Shown in pieces: positions 51,082-61,551 of a DNA stretch of 64,000 nucleotides. Position 1 is the first letter of the stretch; every line of letters begins with the position of its first letter. The notes beneath the pieces were generated by a model. It made no database searches. It saw nothing but the letters and a program-made list of their open reading frames with translations, and had not been told where the DNA came from. The DNA lies in NCBI GenBank assembly GCA_963697335.1, contig CAVONQ010000003.1, positions 1-64,000 on the forward strand. The letters run 5' to 3'. A program made the translations under genes and the position numbers. The stretch is from an uncultured cyanobacterium (GTDB lineage Bacteria; Cyanobacteriota; Cyanobacteriia; PCC-6307; Cyanobiaceae).

Positions 51082-52355
51082 CGGGGCCGCTCCATCCAGC
51101 GCAGCAGGCTCAGGGTGAGCACCCGCACGCCCACCGCCAGGGCGCCCTCATCGGGGGCGAAGGTGTTGCTGTGCAGGGGCGTGCAGCCGTCGGGCCCCGC
51201 CACCCCGAGGCGAAACATCGTGCCGCGGATGCCGTCGAGCAGCTCGGCGAAGTCCTCCGCCCCCAGGGAGGGCTGATCCAGCCACTGCACCTGCTGGCCG
51301 CCCAACACCTCCGAGCCGGCCTCGGCCACCAGCTGGGTGAGGGCCACATCGTTCTGCACCGGCGGCGAGATGCAGCGGTAGCGCACCCGCGCCTCGCCGC
51401 CATGGCCCCGGCAGAGGGCGTGGACCGTCTCCTCGATCCAGGCAGGCAGCTGGGCGTGCACGTCGTTGTCGAGGCAGCGCACGGTGCCGAGCAGACGCAC
51501 GTGGTCGGCGATCACGTTGAAGGCCTTGCCCCCCTCGATCCGACCGAAGCTCACCACCACGGGATGCAGGGCGTCGAGCCGCCGCGAGATCGCCTCCTGC
51601 AGCCCACTCACCACCCTGGCCGCGATCCAGATGGCATCGGTGCTCTGGTGGGGCCTGGCGCCGTGGCCCCCCTCCCCCAGCACCTCCACCTCCAGCTCGC
51701 CCGCCGCCGCCGTGAGGCTGCCGCTGCGCACGCCGATCATGCCCACCGGAATGCTCGGAAAGGCATGCAGGCCGAACAGGGCCGCCACGTTCTCCACGGC
51801 CCCGTCGGCCTTCATCCAGGCCGCTCCCTGGGCGGTTTCTTCGGCGGGCTGGAAGAGCAGCCGCACCCGCTGGCGCAACAGCTGGGGTTGCCGTTGGGCC
51901 ACCGCACTGAGCAGCCGCGCCACCCCCAGCCCCACGCTGGTGTGAAGGTCATGGGCACAGGCGTGCATCAGGCCCTGAACGGTGGAGGCGTAGTCGAGCC
52001 CGGTGCGCTCCTCCACCGGCAGGGCATCCATGTCCACCCGCAGGGCCACCACGGAGGGATCGGAGGGGTGGGCGCCCGGCCCAGCCCCAGCCGGCCCCAG
52101 CTCGGCCAGCACGCCGGTGCGGCCCACCCCCTCGCGCACCTGCCAGCCCCAGCGGCGCAGCTCCCCGGCCACCAGGGCCGCCGTCTGCTGCTCATGGCCA
52201 CTGAGTTCGGGGTGGCGATGCAGGTGGCGGCGCAGCTGGATCAGCTCCGGCAGCACGGCCTGCAGCTCCGCCTCCAGGCCCAGAGACTGCCAGCTGAAGC
52301 CGGCGCCAGCGCCGCCGGCCTGGCCAGAGGTCGCCGTGAGGGGGGTGGGGGGCAT
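51078..52355 (-). CDS. M20D amidohydrolase (N-acyl-L-amino acid amidohydrolase family)
   Basis: RRHLHRHPELS, RVDMDALP, MHACAHD, FQPAEE, GGHGARPH, AEDF. Confidence 0.92.
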   Translation of the reverse strand: MPPTPLTATSGQAGGAGAGFSWQSLGLEAELQAVLPELIQLRRHLHRHPELSGHEQQTAALVAGELRRWGWQVREGVGRTGVLAELGPAGAGPGAHPSDPSVVALRVDMDALPVEERTGLDYASTVQGLMHACAHDLHTSVGLGVARLLSAVAQRQPQLLRQRVRLLFQPAEETAQGAAWMKADGAVENVAALFGLHAFPSIPVGMIGVRSGSLTAAAGELEVEVLGEGGHGARPHQSTDAIWIAARVVSGLQEAISRRLDALHPVVVSFGRIEGGKAFNVIADHVRLLGTVRCLDNDVHAQLPAWIEETVHALCRGHGGEARVRYRCISPPVQNDVALTQLVAEAGSEVLGGQQVQWLDQPSLGAEDFAELLDGIRGTMFRLGVAGPDGCTPLHSNTFAPDEGALAVGVRVLTLSLLRWMERPR

Positions 52356-52380
52356 CGGGAATCAGCTCAGGGGGTGCGGC

Positions 52381-53274
52381 TCAGGAGAGGGCCAGAAACT
52401 GCTGGAGAGCTTCCACCGGAGCGGGCGGCCAGCGCCGCGTCTGCCGTAACCATTCTTCCTGGCGGTAGCGGGGATCGAGGCCGGAGGCGGCCGCCCAGTT
52501 GCTCTCGGCCTCGCCGCGGTGGCCCTGTTGCCAGAGCAGGGCCGTGAGGCCGGCGCGGGCATCGGCAAACATCGGATAGCGCCGGATCAGCGAGCGCAGG
52601 GCCTGCTCAGCCCCGGCGCAATCCCCCAGCTGGAAGGCCGCCAGAGCGGCGCTGGAGCGGGCCATCGCAAAGCCCGGCCGGGCCAGCGACGCCGCCTCGA
52701 AGCTGGCCCTGGCCGCCGGCCAGTCGCCCTGGGAGCCGAGCACGTTGCCGAGGTTGTAGAGGGCCGAGGCATCGGCCGGATCACGCTCCAGGATCCAGTG
52801 GTAGTCGTCTGCGGCGGCCTGCCAGCGGCCCAGGGACTCCTCAGCGGTGCCGCGGTTGAGGTGGGGGTCGGGGCTGGACGGATCGAGTTGCGCGGCCCGG
52901 CTCTGGTCGGCGATCGCCGCCTCGGCATCCCCCAGCGCCAGGCGCACATTGCCGCGGTTGCTCCAGGCGGCGGCGTCGCCGGGCGCCAGGGCCAGCACCT
53001 GATCCCACAGGGGCAGGGCCTCGCCGAATCGCCCCTGGCGACTGGCCTGCAGGGCCTGCTCGAACAGCCGTTCATGGGCGGCCGGATCCGGCTCGGAGCC
53101 CGCGGCACCGCCGCCTTCACCCCCATCGGCGCCAACGGCACCGGCGCTGCCCAACCAGACCAGCAGCGCCAGCCCAGCGGCCAGCAGCACCCTTGGCCAC
53201 CGGCAAGCGAGGGCGCGGGCTGCTTGGAGCCAGCTGGCCTCGGCCTGCATGTGGTGGGTCGCTCGCCTGCTCAT
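52381..53274 (-). CDS. Tetratricopeptide-repeat protein
   Basis: AWSNRGN, HLNRG and LYNLGN repeats; C-terminal [14 protein letters not shown]. Confidence 0.85.
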   Translation of the reverse strand: MSRRATHHMQAEASWLQAARALACRWPRVLLAAGLALLVWLGSAGAVGADGGEGGGAAGSEPDPAAHERLFEQALQASRQGRFGEALPLWDQVLALAPGDAAAWSNRGNVRLALGDAEAAIADQSRAAQLDPSSPDPHLNRGTAEESLGRWQAAADDYHWILERDPADASALYNLGNVLGSQGDWPAARASFEAASLARPGFAMARSSAALAAFQLGDCAGAEQALRSLIRRYPMFADARAGLTALLWQQGHRGEAESNWAAASGLDPRYRQEEWLRQTRRWPPAPVEALQQFLALS

Positions 53275-54362
53275 GCGATGGCGCCCTGGGCGTCGAGATG
53301 GGCACGGCCCGCCGGGGTGAGCAAGCGCCCCCGGGGGGTGCGTTGCAGCAGGCCCTGCTGGAGCAGATAGGGCTCAACCACGGCCTCGAGGGTGGCCGGG
53401 TCCTCGCCGAGTCCGGCGGCCAGGGTGTCGAGCCCCACCGGGCCACCACCGTAGGCTTCCAGCATCAGCCGCAGCAGGCGGCGGTCATGGGCATCGAGCC
53501 CGCGGCCGTCGACGCGGTGCAGGCTGAGGGCCTGGTCAACAAGGGCCGCCGTGATCAAGGGCTGGCCGTTGACGGCCGCCACATCCCGCACCCGGCGCAG
53601 CAGGCGGTTGGCGATCCGCGGCGTACCTCGGCAGCGGCGGGCCACCTCCAGGGCCGCCTCGGGCTCGAGCTGCAGCCGCAGCAGCCCGGCGGCCCGCTGC
53701 ACGATCGCCTGCAGGTCGTGCAGGCCGTAGAACTCCAGTCGCTGGATCAAGCCGAAGCGATCCCGCAGCGGCGAACTCAGCGAGCCGGCCCTGGTGGTGG
53801 CCCCCACCAGGGTGAAGGGGGGCAGCGGCAGGCTGCGGGTGCGCGCCGTGGTGCCCTTGCCCACGGTGAGATCGAGGCGGAAGTCCTCCATCGCGGGGTA
53901 AAGCAGCTCTTCGGCCACCCGGCTGAGCCGGTGGATCTCGTCGATGAACAGCAGCTCGCGGGGCTGCAGGTTGACCAGCAAACCCACGATGTCGCGGGGG
54001 CGCTCCAGGGCGGGGGCGCTGGTGATGCGGCAGCGCACCCCCAGCTCCTCGGCCAGCACCAGGGCCATGGTGGTCTTGCCCAGGCCCGGGGGGCCGTAGA
54101 GCAGCACGTGGTCGAGGGCTTCGGCGCGGGCCTGGGTGGCCTCGATGGCGATGCCGAGCACCTGCTTGAGCTCACCCTGGCCGATGTAGTCGGCAAGGCG
54201 GCGCGGCCGCAGCGAATCCTCGCGGGCCTGGGGAGCCTCGGCGGCAACCTGGGGCTGGGGACCAACCGGGGGATACGCCTGGGGATCCACCAGCCGCTGG
54301 CCGGTGCCAGCGCCGCTGCGGCGACGGTCCTGGCCCTGGGATCCGGAGGAGACGATCGCCAT
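53271..54362 (-). CDS. ruvB: Holliday junction branch migration helicase RuvB
   Basis: [51 protein letters not shown]. Confidence 0.98.
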   Translation of the reverse strand: MAIVSSGSQGQDRRRSGAGTGQRLVDPQAYPPVGPQPQVAAEAPQAREDSLRPRRLADYIGQGELKQVLGIAIEATQARAEALDHVLLYGPPGLGKTTMALVLAEELGVRCRITSAPALERPRDIVGLLVNLQPRELLFIDEIHRLSRVAEELLYPAMEDFRLDLTVGKGTTARTRSLPLPPFTLVGATTRAGSLSSPLRDRFGLIQRLEFYGLHDLQAIVQRAAGLLRLQLEPEAALEVARRCRGTPRIANRLLRRVRDVAAVNGQPLITAALVDQALSLHRVDGRGLDAHDRRLLRLMLEAYGGGPVGLDTLAAGLGEDPATLEAVVEPYLLQQGLLQRTPRGRLLTPAGRAHLDAQGAIA

Positions 54363-54463
54363 GGCTGGAGGGTACCGGCCCCGCCCAGCCGCTGTGCCGC
54401 CCGAGGCGGCCTGAAGGGCACCTAGGGTCAGCATCTGAGCAGGCGTGCAGCGGAACCGGAACC

Positions 54464-54964
54464 ATGGCCAAGGGCGGCACCAAGAAGCTGGCCGCCAAGG
54501 CCCAGCGGGATGCGGCCCGGCGCCTGCTGGCCGACAACCGCTTCGCCCGGCACCAGTACGAGATCCTCGACGACCTCGAATGCGGCATCGAGCTGCTGGG
54601 CACGGAGGTGAAATCGGTGCGGGCGGGGCAGGCGAACCTGCGCGACGGCTTCTGTCTGATCCGCAACGGCGAGCTGCAGCTGCACAACGTGCACATCTCG
54701 CCCCACAGCCATGCCGGCGCCTACTTCAACCACGAGCCGCTGCGGGTGCGCCGCCTGCTCGCCCACCGTCGCGAGATCGAGCGGCTGCGCGTGGCCCTGG
54801 AGCAGAAGGGCCTCACCCTGATCCCCCTCAACCTGCACCTGCACGGCTCCTGGATCAAGGTGTCCCTGGGCCTGGGCAAGGGCCGCAAGCTGCACGACAA
54901 ACGGCAGGAGGAGCGGCGCAAGCAGGAGGCCAAGGACACCCGCTCCGCCATCGCCCGGCTCTAG
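54464..54964 (+). CDS. smpB: SsrA-binding protein
   Basis: [40 protein letters not shown]. Confidence 0.97.
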   Translation: MAKGGTKKLAAKAQRDAARRLLADNRFARHQYEILDDLECGIELLGTEVKSVRAGQANLRDGFCLIRNGELQLHNVHISPHSHAGAYFNHEPLRVRRLLAHRREIERLRVALEQKGLTLIPLNLHLHGSWIKVSLGLGKGRKLHDKRQEERRKQEAKDTRSAIARL

Positions 54965-57057
54965 GGGCCCGACTCGGCCGGCCCGTCGTCTCCGTTGCGG
55001 GAGTTCCCGGCCGCGGGAGAAGCATCCCTGGGCAGCGGAGGGCCGCCGTCGGGGGGGGGCTCAGGTCGGGTGGCCGCAGGGGCTGAGCGCGGGGGTGAGT
55101 CGGGCGTGCCGGGAGGCTCCGGCGCTTCAGGGCTCTGGGAAGTGGTGGGCTCGGGAGGAGCGCTCGGCGCTGGCAGGTCGGCCCTCAGCGACAGGGTGAT
55201 CAGCGCCGGGGCGACCCCCTCATTGGTCACCAGCAGCTGCACCGGAGAGGCCTTCTGGGCGGGCAGACTCACCACCCGCAGCGGACCCTTGGGCTCCAGC
55301 AGCGTGCCGTCGGCGCTGAACACGCTCATCGCCATCAGCGGCGAGCCATTCACCCCCAGCACCAGGCGGTGGCCCGGGGTGAGCCGCACCGGGAACAGCC
55401 GCGCTCCGCCGGCCTCCACCGAGGCCGAGATCGTCTGGGTCTGCAGGGGCCGGGCTTCGATCGCTTCGATCTGCACGTTGCCGAGGATCTGCTCCGCGGC
55501 GGCAAACCAGAGCTGACGGAACGGCTCCGCCGGGATCCCCGAGCCCTGGCGCCCCGGCAGCAGGTTCTGGGCATTCCCCGACACCAGCTGCCGCAGCACC
55601 TGGGGGCTGATCCCCTGGCTGACCAGGCTCTGCTGACGCCGTTCCCAGTCGGCGTTGCTGAAGCCGCCGAGACGGCGGCGGATCTCCAGGGGCAGCTGCT
55701 CCACCCGGGCCAGCCATTCCTCGGCCAGGTCGTTCCATACCTTGCGCAGGGGCGCGTCTTCCAGGGAGTCGCTGGGGGGGCGCCCGCCCCGCTCCGGGAA
55801 CTGGGCCAGCAGGCTGGCATCTACCAATTTCAGGAACCAGGTGCGATCCACCTGCAGGGCGCGCAGCCGGTTGAGCAACTGCTGGCGCTGATCCACCTCT
55901 CCTGGCGGCAGGCTGCTGGGCAGCTGCAGGGCCGCATCCGGCACCGTGGGCGCCGCCTGGCGGCCACGGCTGAGCCACCACCAACCAAGCGCCGTGCCCA
56001 CCACGGCGGAGAGCACCAGGGCCATCACCACCGGCCAGAGGCCACCCTCGGCGGCCTCGTCGCGAGCCTCGCCGCGGCTGCGGGCCGGGGGCGCAGGCAC
56101 GGGCACAGGGGCCCGCAGGGGCGGCAAGTCCGGCCCAGCGGCAGGGGCGGCGGCCAATGGGACGGCAGCGGCCGCAGAGGAGACAACGGCCGTGCCGGCC
56201 AGCTCCAGCACCGGCGGCGGCACCAGCACCACGGTGCGGTCGGCCCTGGGCACCGGCCCGGTGGACTCAGGCATCGCCAGCGCCTGAAAGGCCGTGAGCG
56301 CCTGGCTGGCCGACGCGAAGCGCTGATCGGGCTGGCGCTGCAGCAGGCGTTGCAGGGTGTTCTGCAGATCCGGCTCAGCACTCAGGGCCGCGGGCATGCG
56401 CCACTGGGCCGTGACCGGATCGAGCAGGCTGGCCGGTGCATCCCCACTCAGCAGTACCAGGGCCGTCACGCCGAGGGCATGCAGGTCCATCCAGGCCTCG
56501 GGCCCGGAGCTGTGGGCCAGCTCCGGCGGGGCATACCCGGGGGTCACCACCACGCCGCCGGCCACCAGCCCGAAGTCGAGCAGCACGGGCAGGCCGTCGC
56601 TGTCGCGGCGCAGCAGGTTGGCCGGACAGAGATCGCCGTGCACCAGCTCCTGGCCATGCAGCACCGCCAGCACGGGCAGCAGCTGGCGCACCAGCAGCAT
56701 CACCTCGCCGGCACCGAATACCATCTGCCGCTCAGCCCGCACCTCGATCAGCTGCTGGTAGGTACGGCCCGCCTGCCACTCCCGCACCAGCCAGAGGGCG
56801 TCACCGTCCCGCACTGCGCTGCCCAGTCGCGGCACCTGGGGGTGGAGCACCCCCTGCAGCCGCCCCCAGCGGGCCAGGGCGGCGGCCTGGTCGGTGGGGG
56901 GCTCCAGCCGCCGCAGGGCCACCAGGCCATCACCGGCCAGCTGGTCACGGGCGCGCCAGAGGCTGCCCTGGGCTCCCTGGCTGAGGCATTGATCCAGCCT
57001 GTAGCGATCGCCGATCAGCGCACCTGGCTGCACGGAAGGAGCGGAATCAGGGGGCAT
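54961..57057 (-). CDS. Membrane-anchored Ser/Thr protein kinase-like protein
   Basis: [40 protein letters not shown]; central TM helix and Pro-rich tail. Confidence 0.85.
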   Translation of the reverse strand: MPPDSAPSVQPGALIGDRYRLDQCLSQGAQGSLWRARDQLAGDGLVALRRLEPPTDQAAALARWGRLQGVLHPQVPRLGSAVRDGDALWLVREWQAGRTYQQLIEVRAERQMVFGAGEVMLLVRQLLPVLAVLHGQELVHGDLCPANLLRRDSDGLPVLLDFGLVAGGVVVTPGYAPPELAHSSGPEAWMDLHALGVTALVLLSGDAPASLLDPVTAQWRMPAALSAEPDLQNTLQRLLQRQPDQRFASASQALTAFQALAMPESTGPVPRADRTVVLVPPPVLELAGTAVVSSAAAAVPLAAAPAAGPDLPPLRAPVPVPAPPARSRGEARDEAAEGGLWPVVMALVLSAVVGTALGWWWLSRGRQAAPTVPDAALQLPSSLPPGEVDQRQQLLNRLRALQVDRTWFLKLVDASLLAQFPERGGRPPSDSLEDAPLRKVWNDLAEEWLARVEQLPLEIRRRLGGFSNADWERRQQSLVSQGISPQVLRQLVSGNAQNLLPGRQGSGIPAEPFRQLWFAAAEQILGNVQIEAIEARPLQTQTISASVEAGGARLFPVRLTPGHRLVLGVNGSPLMAMSVFSADGTLLEPKGPLRVVSLPAQKASPVQLLVTNEGVAPALITLSLRADLPAPSAPPEPTTSQSPEAPEPPGTPDSPPRSAPAATRPEPPPDGGPPLPRDASPAAGNSRNGDDGPAESGP

Positions 57058-58058
57058 CAGCCGGCCGCGGCCAGAGCCCGCTCAGGTTGCCGCAACCCCT
57101 TGGTGGCGAGCCACTCCCGGTCATAGAGCCGGGAGCGGTAGCGGTCGCCGCTGTCACACAACACGGTGACGATCGTGTGGCCTGGACCGAGGCGACGGGC
57201 CGTCTCCACAGCCGCGGCCACGTTGATGCCCACCGACCCCCCCAGGAACAGGCCCTCCTGCCAGAGCAGGCCATAGATGGTGTCGAGGGCGGCCTGGTCG
57301 ACGATGCGCACGGCGTCATCCACCGGTGCCCCCTCGAGATTGGCGGTGATGCGGCTGTTGCCGATCCCCTCGGTGATCGAGCTGCCCTCACTGCGCAGCT
57401 CGCCGCTGCTGGCCCAGCTGTAGAGGGCACTGCCCTCGGGATCGGCGAGCACGCAGCGCACGGCGGCGTTGCGTTCCTTCAGGAACAGGGCCACGCCGGC
57501 GTAGGTGCCGCCCGTGCCGGTGGCCGCCACCCAGGCATCGACGCGGCCGTCGGTCTGCTCCCAGATCTCGGGGCCGGTGGAGCGGTAGTGGGCGCGGCGG
57601 TTGGCCAGGTTGTCGAACTGGTTGGCCCACACCGCGCCAGGGGTTTCGGCGGCAATGCGGCCCGAGAGCTTCACGTAGTTATCGGGGTCGCGGTAGGGCA
57701 CCGCCGGCACGGTGCGCACCTCGGCCCCGAGGCTGCGCAGCAGCCCGATCTTCTCCGCCGACTGGGTGTCGGGAATCACGATCAGGGCGCGGTAGCCGCG
57801 GGCATTGCAGAGGTGGGTGAGGCCGATGCCGGTGTTGCCCGCCGTGCCCTCCACCACGGTGCCCCCGGGCCGCAGCAAGCCCTCCTGCTCGGCCTCCAGC
57901 AGGATGCCAAGGGCGGCTCTGTCCTTCACCGAGCCGCCGGGGTTCATGAACTCCGCCTTGCCCAGAATCTCGCAGCCCGTGAGCTCACTCAGGGCATGGA
58001 GGCGGATCAGGGGGGTGTGGCCCACCGCCCCGACGAAGCCCTGAGTGATCTGCCCCAT
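57057..58058 (-). CDS. cysK: Cysteine synthase
   Basis: GHTPLIRL, KAEFMNPGGSVKDRAA, EGTAGNTG, NQFDN, GTGGT, EGIG. Confidence 0.93.
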   Translation of the reverse strand: MGQITQGFVGAVGHTPLIRLHALSELTGCEILGKAEFMNPGGSVKDRAALGILLEAEQEGLLRPGGTVVEGTAGNTGIGLTHLCNARGYRALIVIPDTQSAEKIGLLRSLGAEVRTVPAVPYRDPDNYVKLSGRIAAETPGAVWANQFDNLANRRAHYRSTGPEIWEQTDGRVDAWVAATGTGGTYAGVALFLKERNAAVRCVLADPEGSALYSWASSGELRSEGSSITEGIGNSRITANLEGAPVDDAVRIVDQAALDTIYGLLWQEGLFLGGSVGINVAAAVETARRLGPGHTIVTVLCDSGDRYRSRLYDREWLATKGLRQPERALAAAG

Positions 58059-58125
58059 GCCGTGATCGCCGCGTGGCGGGATCGTAGGCAACCTCCCTAA
58101 GGTCGGGCCTGCACCCGGCACTCCC

Positions 58126-59376
58126 ATGACCACAGGCCTGCCGGCCAGGCTCCGTCAGGTGCGTCAGCACAGCCTGGATCTGATCGCACCGCTGCAGCCG
58201 GAAGACCTCTGCCTGCAGGGCATGGCCGACGCCAGCCCGCCCAAGTGGCACCTGGGCCACACCACCTGGTTTTTCGAGACGTTCGTGCTCCGGCCCCTGC
58301 AGGCGGCGGGGGTGGAGCTGGGCTTCACGGCTGCGCCCGAGGCCTGGGGCTTCCTGTTCAACAGCTACTACGACACGATCGGCGAGCGCCATCCGCGGCC
58401 CGAGCGGGGACTGCTGAGCCGCCCGCCGATCGAGGCCGTGCTGGCCTGGCGCCAGCAGGTGGATCAGGCCCTGGAGAGGCTGCTGGATCAGCAGCAGGGG
58501 CCTGGCACGCCATCCGCAAGCCACGAGCTGCTGGAGCTGGGCCTGCAGCACGAGCAGCAGCACCAGGAGCTGCTGCTGATGGACCTCCTGGATGGCTTCA
58601 GCCGGAATCCTCTCCAGCCCTGCTATGCGGCCGAGCCCGAAGAGCGCTTCCGCAGCGCCTGGGTCGCCGGCAGCCAACCCTCCCCGGCGGCGGCTGGCTG
58701 GCTGGAGCACCCCGGCGGGCTGCTGGAGATCGGCCACGACGGCACCGGCTTCCACTTCGACAACGAGGCTCCCAGGCACCGCCAGTGGCTCGAGCCCTTC
58801 GCGCTGGCCGAGCGGCTGGTGACCAATGGCGCCTACGCCGCCTTCATCGCCGATGGGGGCTACAGCAGAGCGGAGCTGTGGATGAGTGAGGGCTGGGCCC
58901 TCGCCAGGGCCGAGGGCTGGCAGGCCCCCCTTTACTGGCGCGATGGGGCGTCCGAGCCCTATGCCTTCACCCTGGCGGGCCCGCAGCCGCTGCACCCCCA
59001 GGCCCCCGTGAGGCACCTGAGCTGGTTCGAGGCCGACGCCTTTGCCCGCTGGGCCGGGGCCCGCCTGCCCACGGAGGCCGAATGGGAAGCCCTGGCCGGG
59101 CGCCTGCCCCAGGCCCATGGCCTGCTCTGGCAGTGGACCGCCAGCCCTTACCGCCCCTATCCCGGCTTCCGCGCCGCCCCTGGGGCCGTGGGCGAATACA
59201 ACGGCAAATTCATGAGCTCCCAGATGGTGCTGCGCGGCAGCTCTTACCTGACGCCGCCGGGCCATGCTCGACCCACCTACCGCAATTTCTTCCCGCCTGG
59301 CTGCCGCTGGATGGCCTCCGGCCTGCGGCTGGCCCAGGACCGCCCCAACGACCACCCCAGCCCCCCAGCCGCGTGA
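58126..59376 (+). CDS. egtB: Ergothioneine sulfoxide synthase
   Basis: DASPPKWHLGH, FNSYY, HEQQHQE iron motif, FDNE.PRH, RLPTEAEWE, GEYNGKFM. Confidence 0.95.
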   Translation: MTTGLPARLRQVRQHSLDLIAPLQPEDLCLQGMADASPPKWHLGHTTWFFETFVLRPLQAAGVELGFTAAPEAWGFLFNSYYDTIGERHPRPERGLLSRPPIEAVLAWRQQVDQALERLLDQQQGPGTPSASHELLELGLQHEQQHQELLLMDLLDGFSRNPLQPCYAAEPEERFRSAWVAGSQPSPAAAGWLEHPGGLLEIGHDGTGFHFDNEAPRHRQWLEPFALAERLVTNGAYAAFIADGGYSRAELWMSEGWALARAEGWQAPLYWRDGASEPYAFTLAGPQPLHPQAPVRHLSWFEADAFARWAGARLPTEAEWEALAGRLPQAHGLLWQWTASPYRPYPGFRAAPGAVGEYNGKFMSSQMVLRGSSYLTPPGHARPTYRNFFPPGCRWMASGLRLAQDRPNDHPSPPAA

Positions 59377-60443
59377 CCCCACTGCCATCCGCCCCCGCCA
59401 GCCGCATCGCGGCCGCAACAGCCGCCCCCACCGAGCTGATCGACCTGCACCCCGAGCCCGCCGACATGGTGCGCCTGGTGAGCGAGGGCATGGCCCTGCG
59501 GCCGCGGCAGCTGCCCGCCTGGCTCCTTTACGACGCCGAGGGCTCCCGGCTGTTCGAGGCGATCTGCGCCCAACCTGAATACAGCCTCACCCGGGTGGAA
59601 ACGGCCCTGCTGGAGAGCCGGGCCGAGGAGCTCGCCGCGGCCCTGGGCGAGGGCGTGCTGGTGGAATTCGGCGCCGGCAATGCCCGCAAGGTGGCGCCGC
59701 TGCTGCGGGCGTTGCGACCGACGGCCTACGTGCCGATGGACATCAGCGCCAGCCACCTGGCCGGCGCCTGCGAGGCCCTGCAGGCCCAGCACCCGGCCGT
59801 GCCCGTGCTCGGCATCTGCTGTGACTACAGCCAGTTGGACCACCTGCCTGAACACCCCCTGTTGCAGGGCGAGCGCCTGCTGGGCTTCTACCCAGGCAGC
59901 TCCCTGGGCAACTTCAGCCCCGACCAGGCCCGGCGGCTGCTGGAGCAGTTCAGCAGGCTGCTGGGTCCCGGCAGCTGCCTGCTGATCGGCATCGACCAAC
60001 CCAAGGGCAGGGCTCGGCTGGAGGCGGCCTACAACGATGCGGCCGGGGCCTCGGCCGCCTTCGGCCGCAACCTGCTGGTGCGCCTCAACCGCGATCTGGG
60101 CGGCACGTTCGATCCCAGCGCCTTCGCCTACCGGGCCCGCTGGGAAGCCGACCACAGCCGCATCGCCATGGCCCTGGTGAGCCGGAAGGAGCAGGAGGTG
60201 CAGCTGGCCGGCCGCCGCTGGCGGTTTGGGGCGGGCGAGGAGCTGATCACCGAGTACAGCGTCAAGTACACCCCTGAGGCCTTCACTGCCCTGGCGGCTG
60301 CGGCCGGCTGGAAGGCCCTGCGGCGCTGGAGCGACCCCTCCGGCGACCTCTCGCTGCACCTGCTGGTGCCGGAGGCGGCGGACCGGGGCGGCCCCCAGGG
60401 AGCAGACTCGGAGGGGTCTGCGCCAGTGCAGCGGGAGAGCTGA
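59373..60443 (+). CDS. egtD: L-histidine N-alpha-trimethyltransferase
   Basis: LYDAEGSRLFEAIC..PEY, EFGAG, DIS, FYPGSSLGNF, AYND, TEYSVKY. GTG start overlaps the egtB stop. Confidence 0.95.
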   Translation: MTPLPSAPASRIAAATAAPTELIDLHPEPADMVRLVSEGMALRPRQLPAWLLYDAEGSRLFEAICAQPEYSLTRVETALLESRAEELAAALGEGVLVEFGAGNARKVAPLLRALRPTAYVPMDISASHLAGACEALQAQHPAVPVLGICCDYSQLDHLPEHPLLQGERLLGFYPGSSLGNFSPDQARRLLEQFSRLLGPGSCLLIGIDQPKGRARLEAAYNDAAGASAAFGRNLLVRLNRDLGGTFDPSAFAYRARWEADHSRIAMALVSRKEQEVQLAGRRWRFGAGEELITEYSVKYTPEAFTALAAAAGWKALRRWSDPSGDLSLHLLVPEAADRGGPQGADSEGSAPVQRES

Positions 60444-60445
60444 CC

Positions 60446-60697
60446 ATGAGCCGGGAAGAACAGCGGGCGGCGATGCGCCAGGTGCGCGAGGAGTTGGCGG
60501 GCGAGCTGGAGGAGCTCTACCGCCGGGCCTTTGACCGGATCGGCGACGCCAGCCTGGGAGAAGGGGCCGTGGCGCGCCTCACCCAGTTGTTGCTCCGCTC
60601 CCGGGAGGCCGCGATCACGCCCCTGCAGGAGGAGATCGAGGCGCCGCTGCTCACCACCCCTGCCGGCGAGCCCACCCCGGGCCGGCCGCCGGCATGA
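60446..60697 (+). CDS. Hercynine metabolism small protein (EgtBD-associated)
   Basis: MSREEQRAAMRQVREEL...LTQLLLRSREAA; immediately after egtD, as in the cyanobacterial EgtBD-associated family. Confidence 0.75.
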   Translation: MSREEQRAAMRQVREELAGELEELYRRAFDRIGDASLGEGAVARLTQLLLRSREAAITPLQEEIEAPLLTTPAGEPTPGRPPA

Positions 60698-61176
60698 GCT
60701 GGCTGGAGGATCTGGAGGCCCGGCTGGAGAGCCAGCTGGAGACCTTTCTGGCCGCCAACCCCGAGCAGGAAGCCCTGCTGCGGGATCAGAACGATCGCGA
60801 CCAGCGCCGCGACCTGCTGGCACAGCGCCTGGCTCTGCAGAGCCAGGCTGAACGCCAGCGCCAGGGGCTGCTGCAGCTGGCCGAGGAGATCCGCTCCTGG
60901 CAGGCCCGCATCCTCAAGGCCCGGTCCGCCGGCGCCGACGCCCTGGCCGACCGGGCCGAGGCGCGGGTGGAGGCGCTGATGCTGCAGGGCCGGCGCCACT
61001 GGGAGGAACTCGCCGCCCTGGGCAGCCGCTTTGCGGAGATCGAGCAGGCGATCGCTGAGCTGGCCTCCCGCCAGAGCCAGGCCCGCCGGGCCGCCGGCGG
61101 CGCCGACCTGGAGCGGGACTGGGCCGCCTTCGAAGCGGAGCAGGACCTGGAGCGCCTGCGTCGCCGTCAGGCCTGA
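60694..61176 (+). CDS. Hercynine metabolism protein (PspA-like coiled coil, EgtBD-associated)
   Basis: MSWLEDLEARLE..L..FL.ANP.Q, W..R..KA..AG...LA.RA, LERDWAAFE. Confidence 0.75.
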   Translation: MSWLEDLEARLESQLETFLAANPEQEALLRDQNDRDQRRDLLAQRLALQSQAERQRQGLLQLAEEIRSWQARILKARSAGADALADRAEARVEALMLQGRRHWEELAALGSRFAEIEQAIAELASRQSQARRAAGGADLERDWAAFEAEQDLERLRRRQA

Positions 61177-61187
61177 GGCCCCTGCCT

Positions 61188-61235
61188 AAGCCTTGGGCTC
61201 GGGCTCAAGCCTTGGACTCGGGCTCAAGCCTTGGG
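61188..61235. repeat. 19-bp tandem repeat, about 2.5 copies
   Basis: AAGCCTTGGGCTCGGGCTC / AAGCCTTGGACTCGGGCTC / AAGCCTTGGG. Confidence 0.85.
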
Positions 61236-61487
61236 GGCGGGTGGCACCAGATTGACGCCGTCGGGCGGCGGGGTGGGATCGGGATCGGCGATCAGCATGT
61301 GCTGCAGCACGATCTCGGGGCGTTCGCTATCCCGCCAGCGGATCCGATAGGCGGGCATCTTGGTGCCGCGACTGGTCGTCTGCTCGACCGGCTCCATCAC
61401 CCAGCCTCGGCGAGAGCGGCCCTGGGGGTTGCGCTTCACCACCGCATCTGCGTGCTGGAAGCGAAAACCGACGCGCTCGCCACTCAT
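61224..61487 (-). CDS. Conserved hypothetical protein (87 aa)
   Basis: ATG-initiated ORF downstream of lysS with host-like codon usage (MSGERVGFRF...RWRDSERPE). Confidence 0.7.
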   Translation of the reverse strand: MSGERVGFRFQHADAVVKRNPQGRSRRGWVMEPVEQTTSRGTKMPAYRIRWRDSERPEIVLQHMLIADPDPTPPPDGVNLVPPAPKA

Positions 61488-61551
61488 GGAATCGCTGCCC
61501 CCATTGGGGAAGATTGCCTACCGCTGCAATTATCTCATTGCGCCTCGCCGC

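Noticed and set aside
54430..55000. tmRNA or an integration site next to smpB
   Set aside because: smpB is tightly flanked by ruvB and the kinase, and no ssrA-like sequence or integrase is visible.
61525..61542. GCAAT-N6-ATTGC palindrome upstream of the 87-aa gene as a possible Fur box
   Set aside because: Too short, a poor fit to the 7-1-7 Fur consensus, and no iron-related context.
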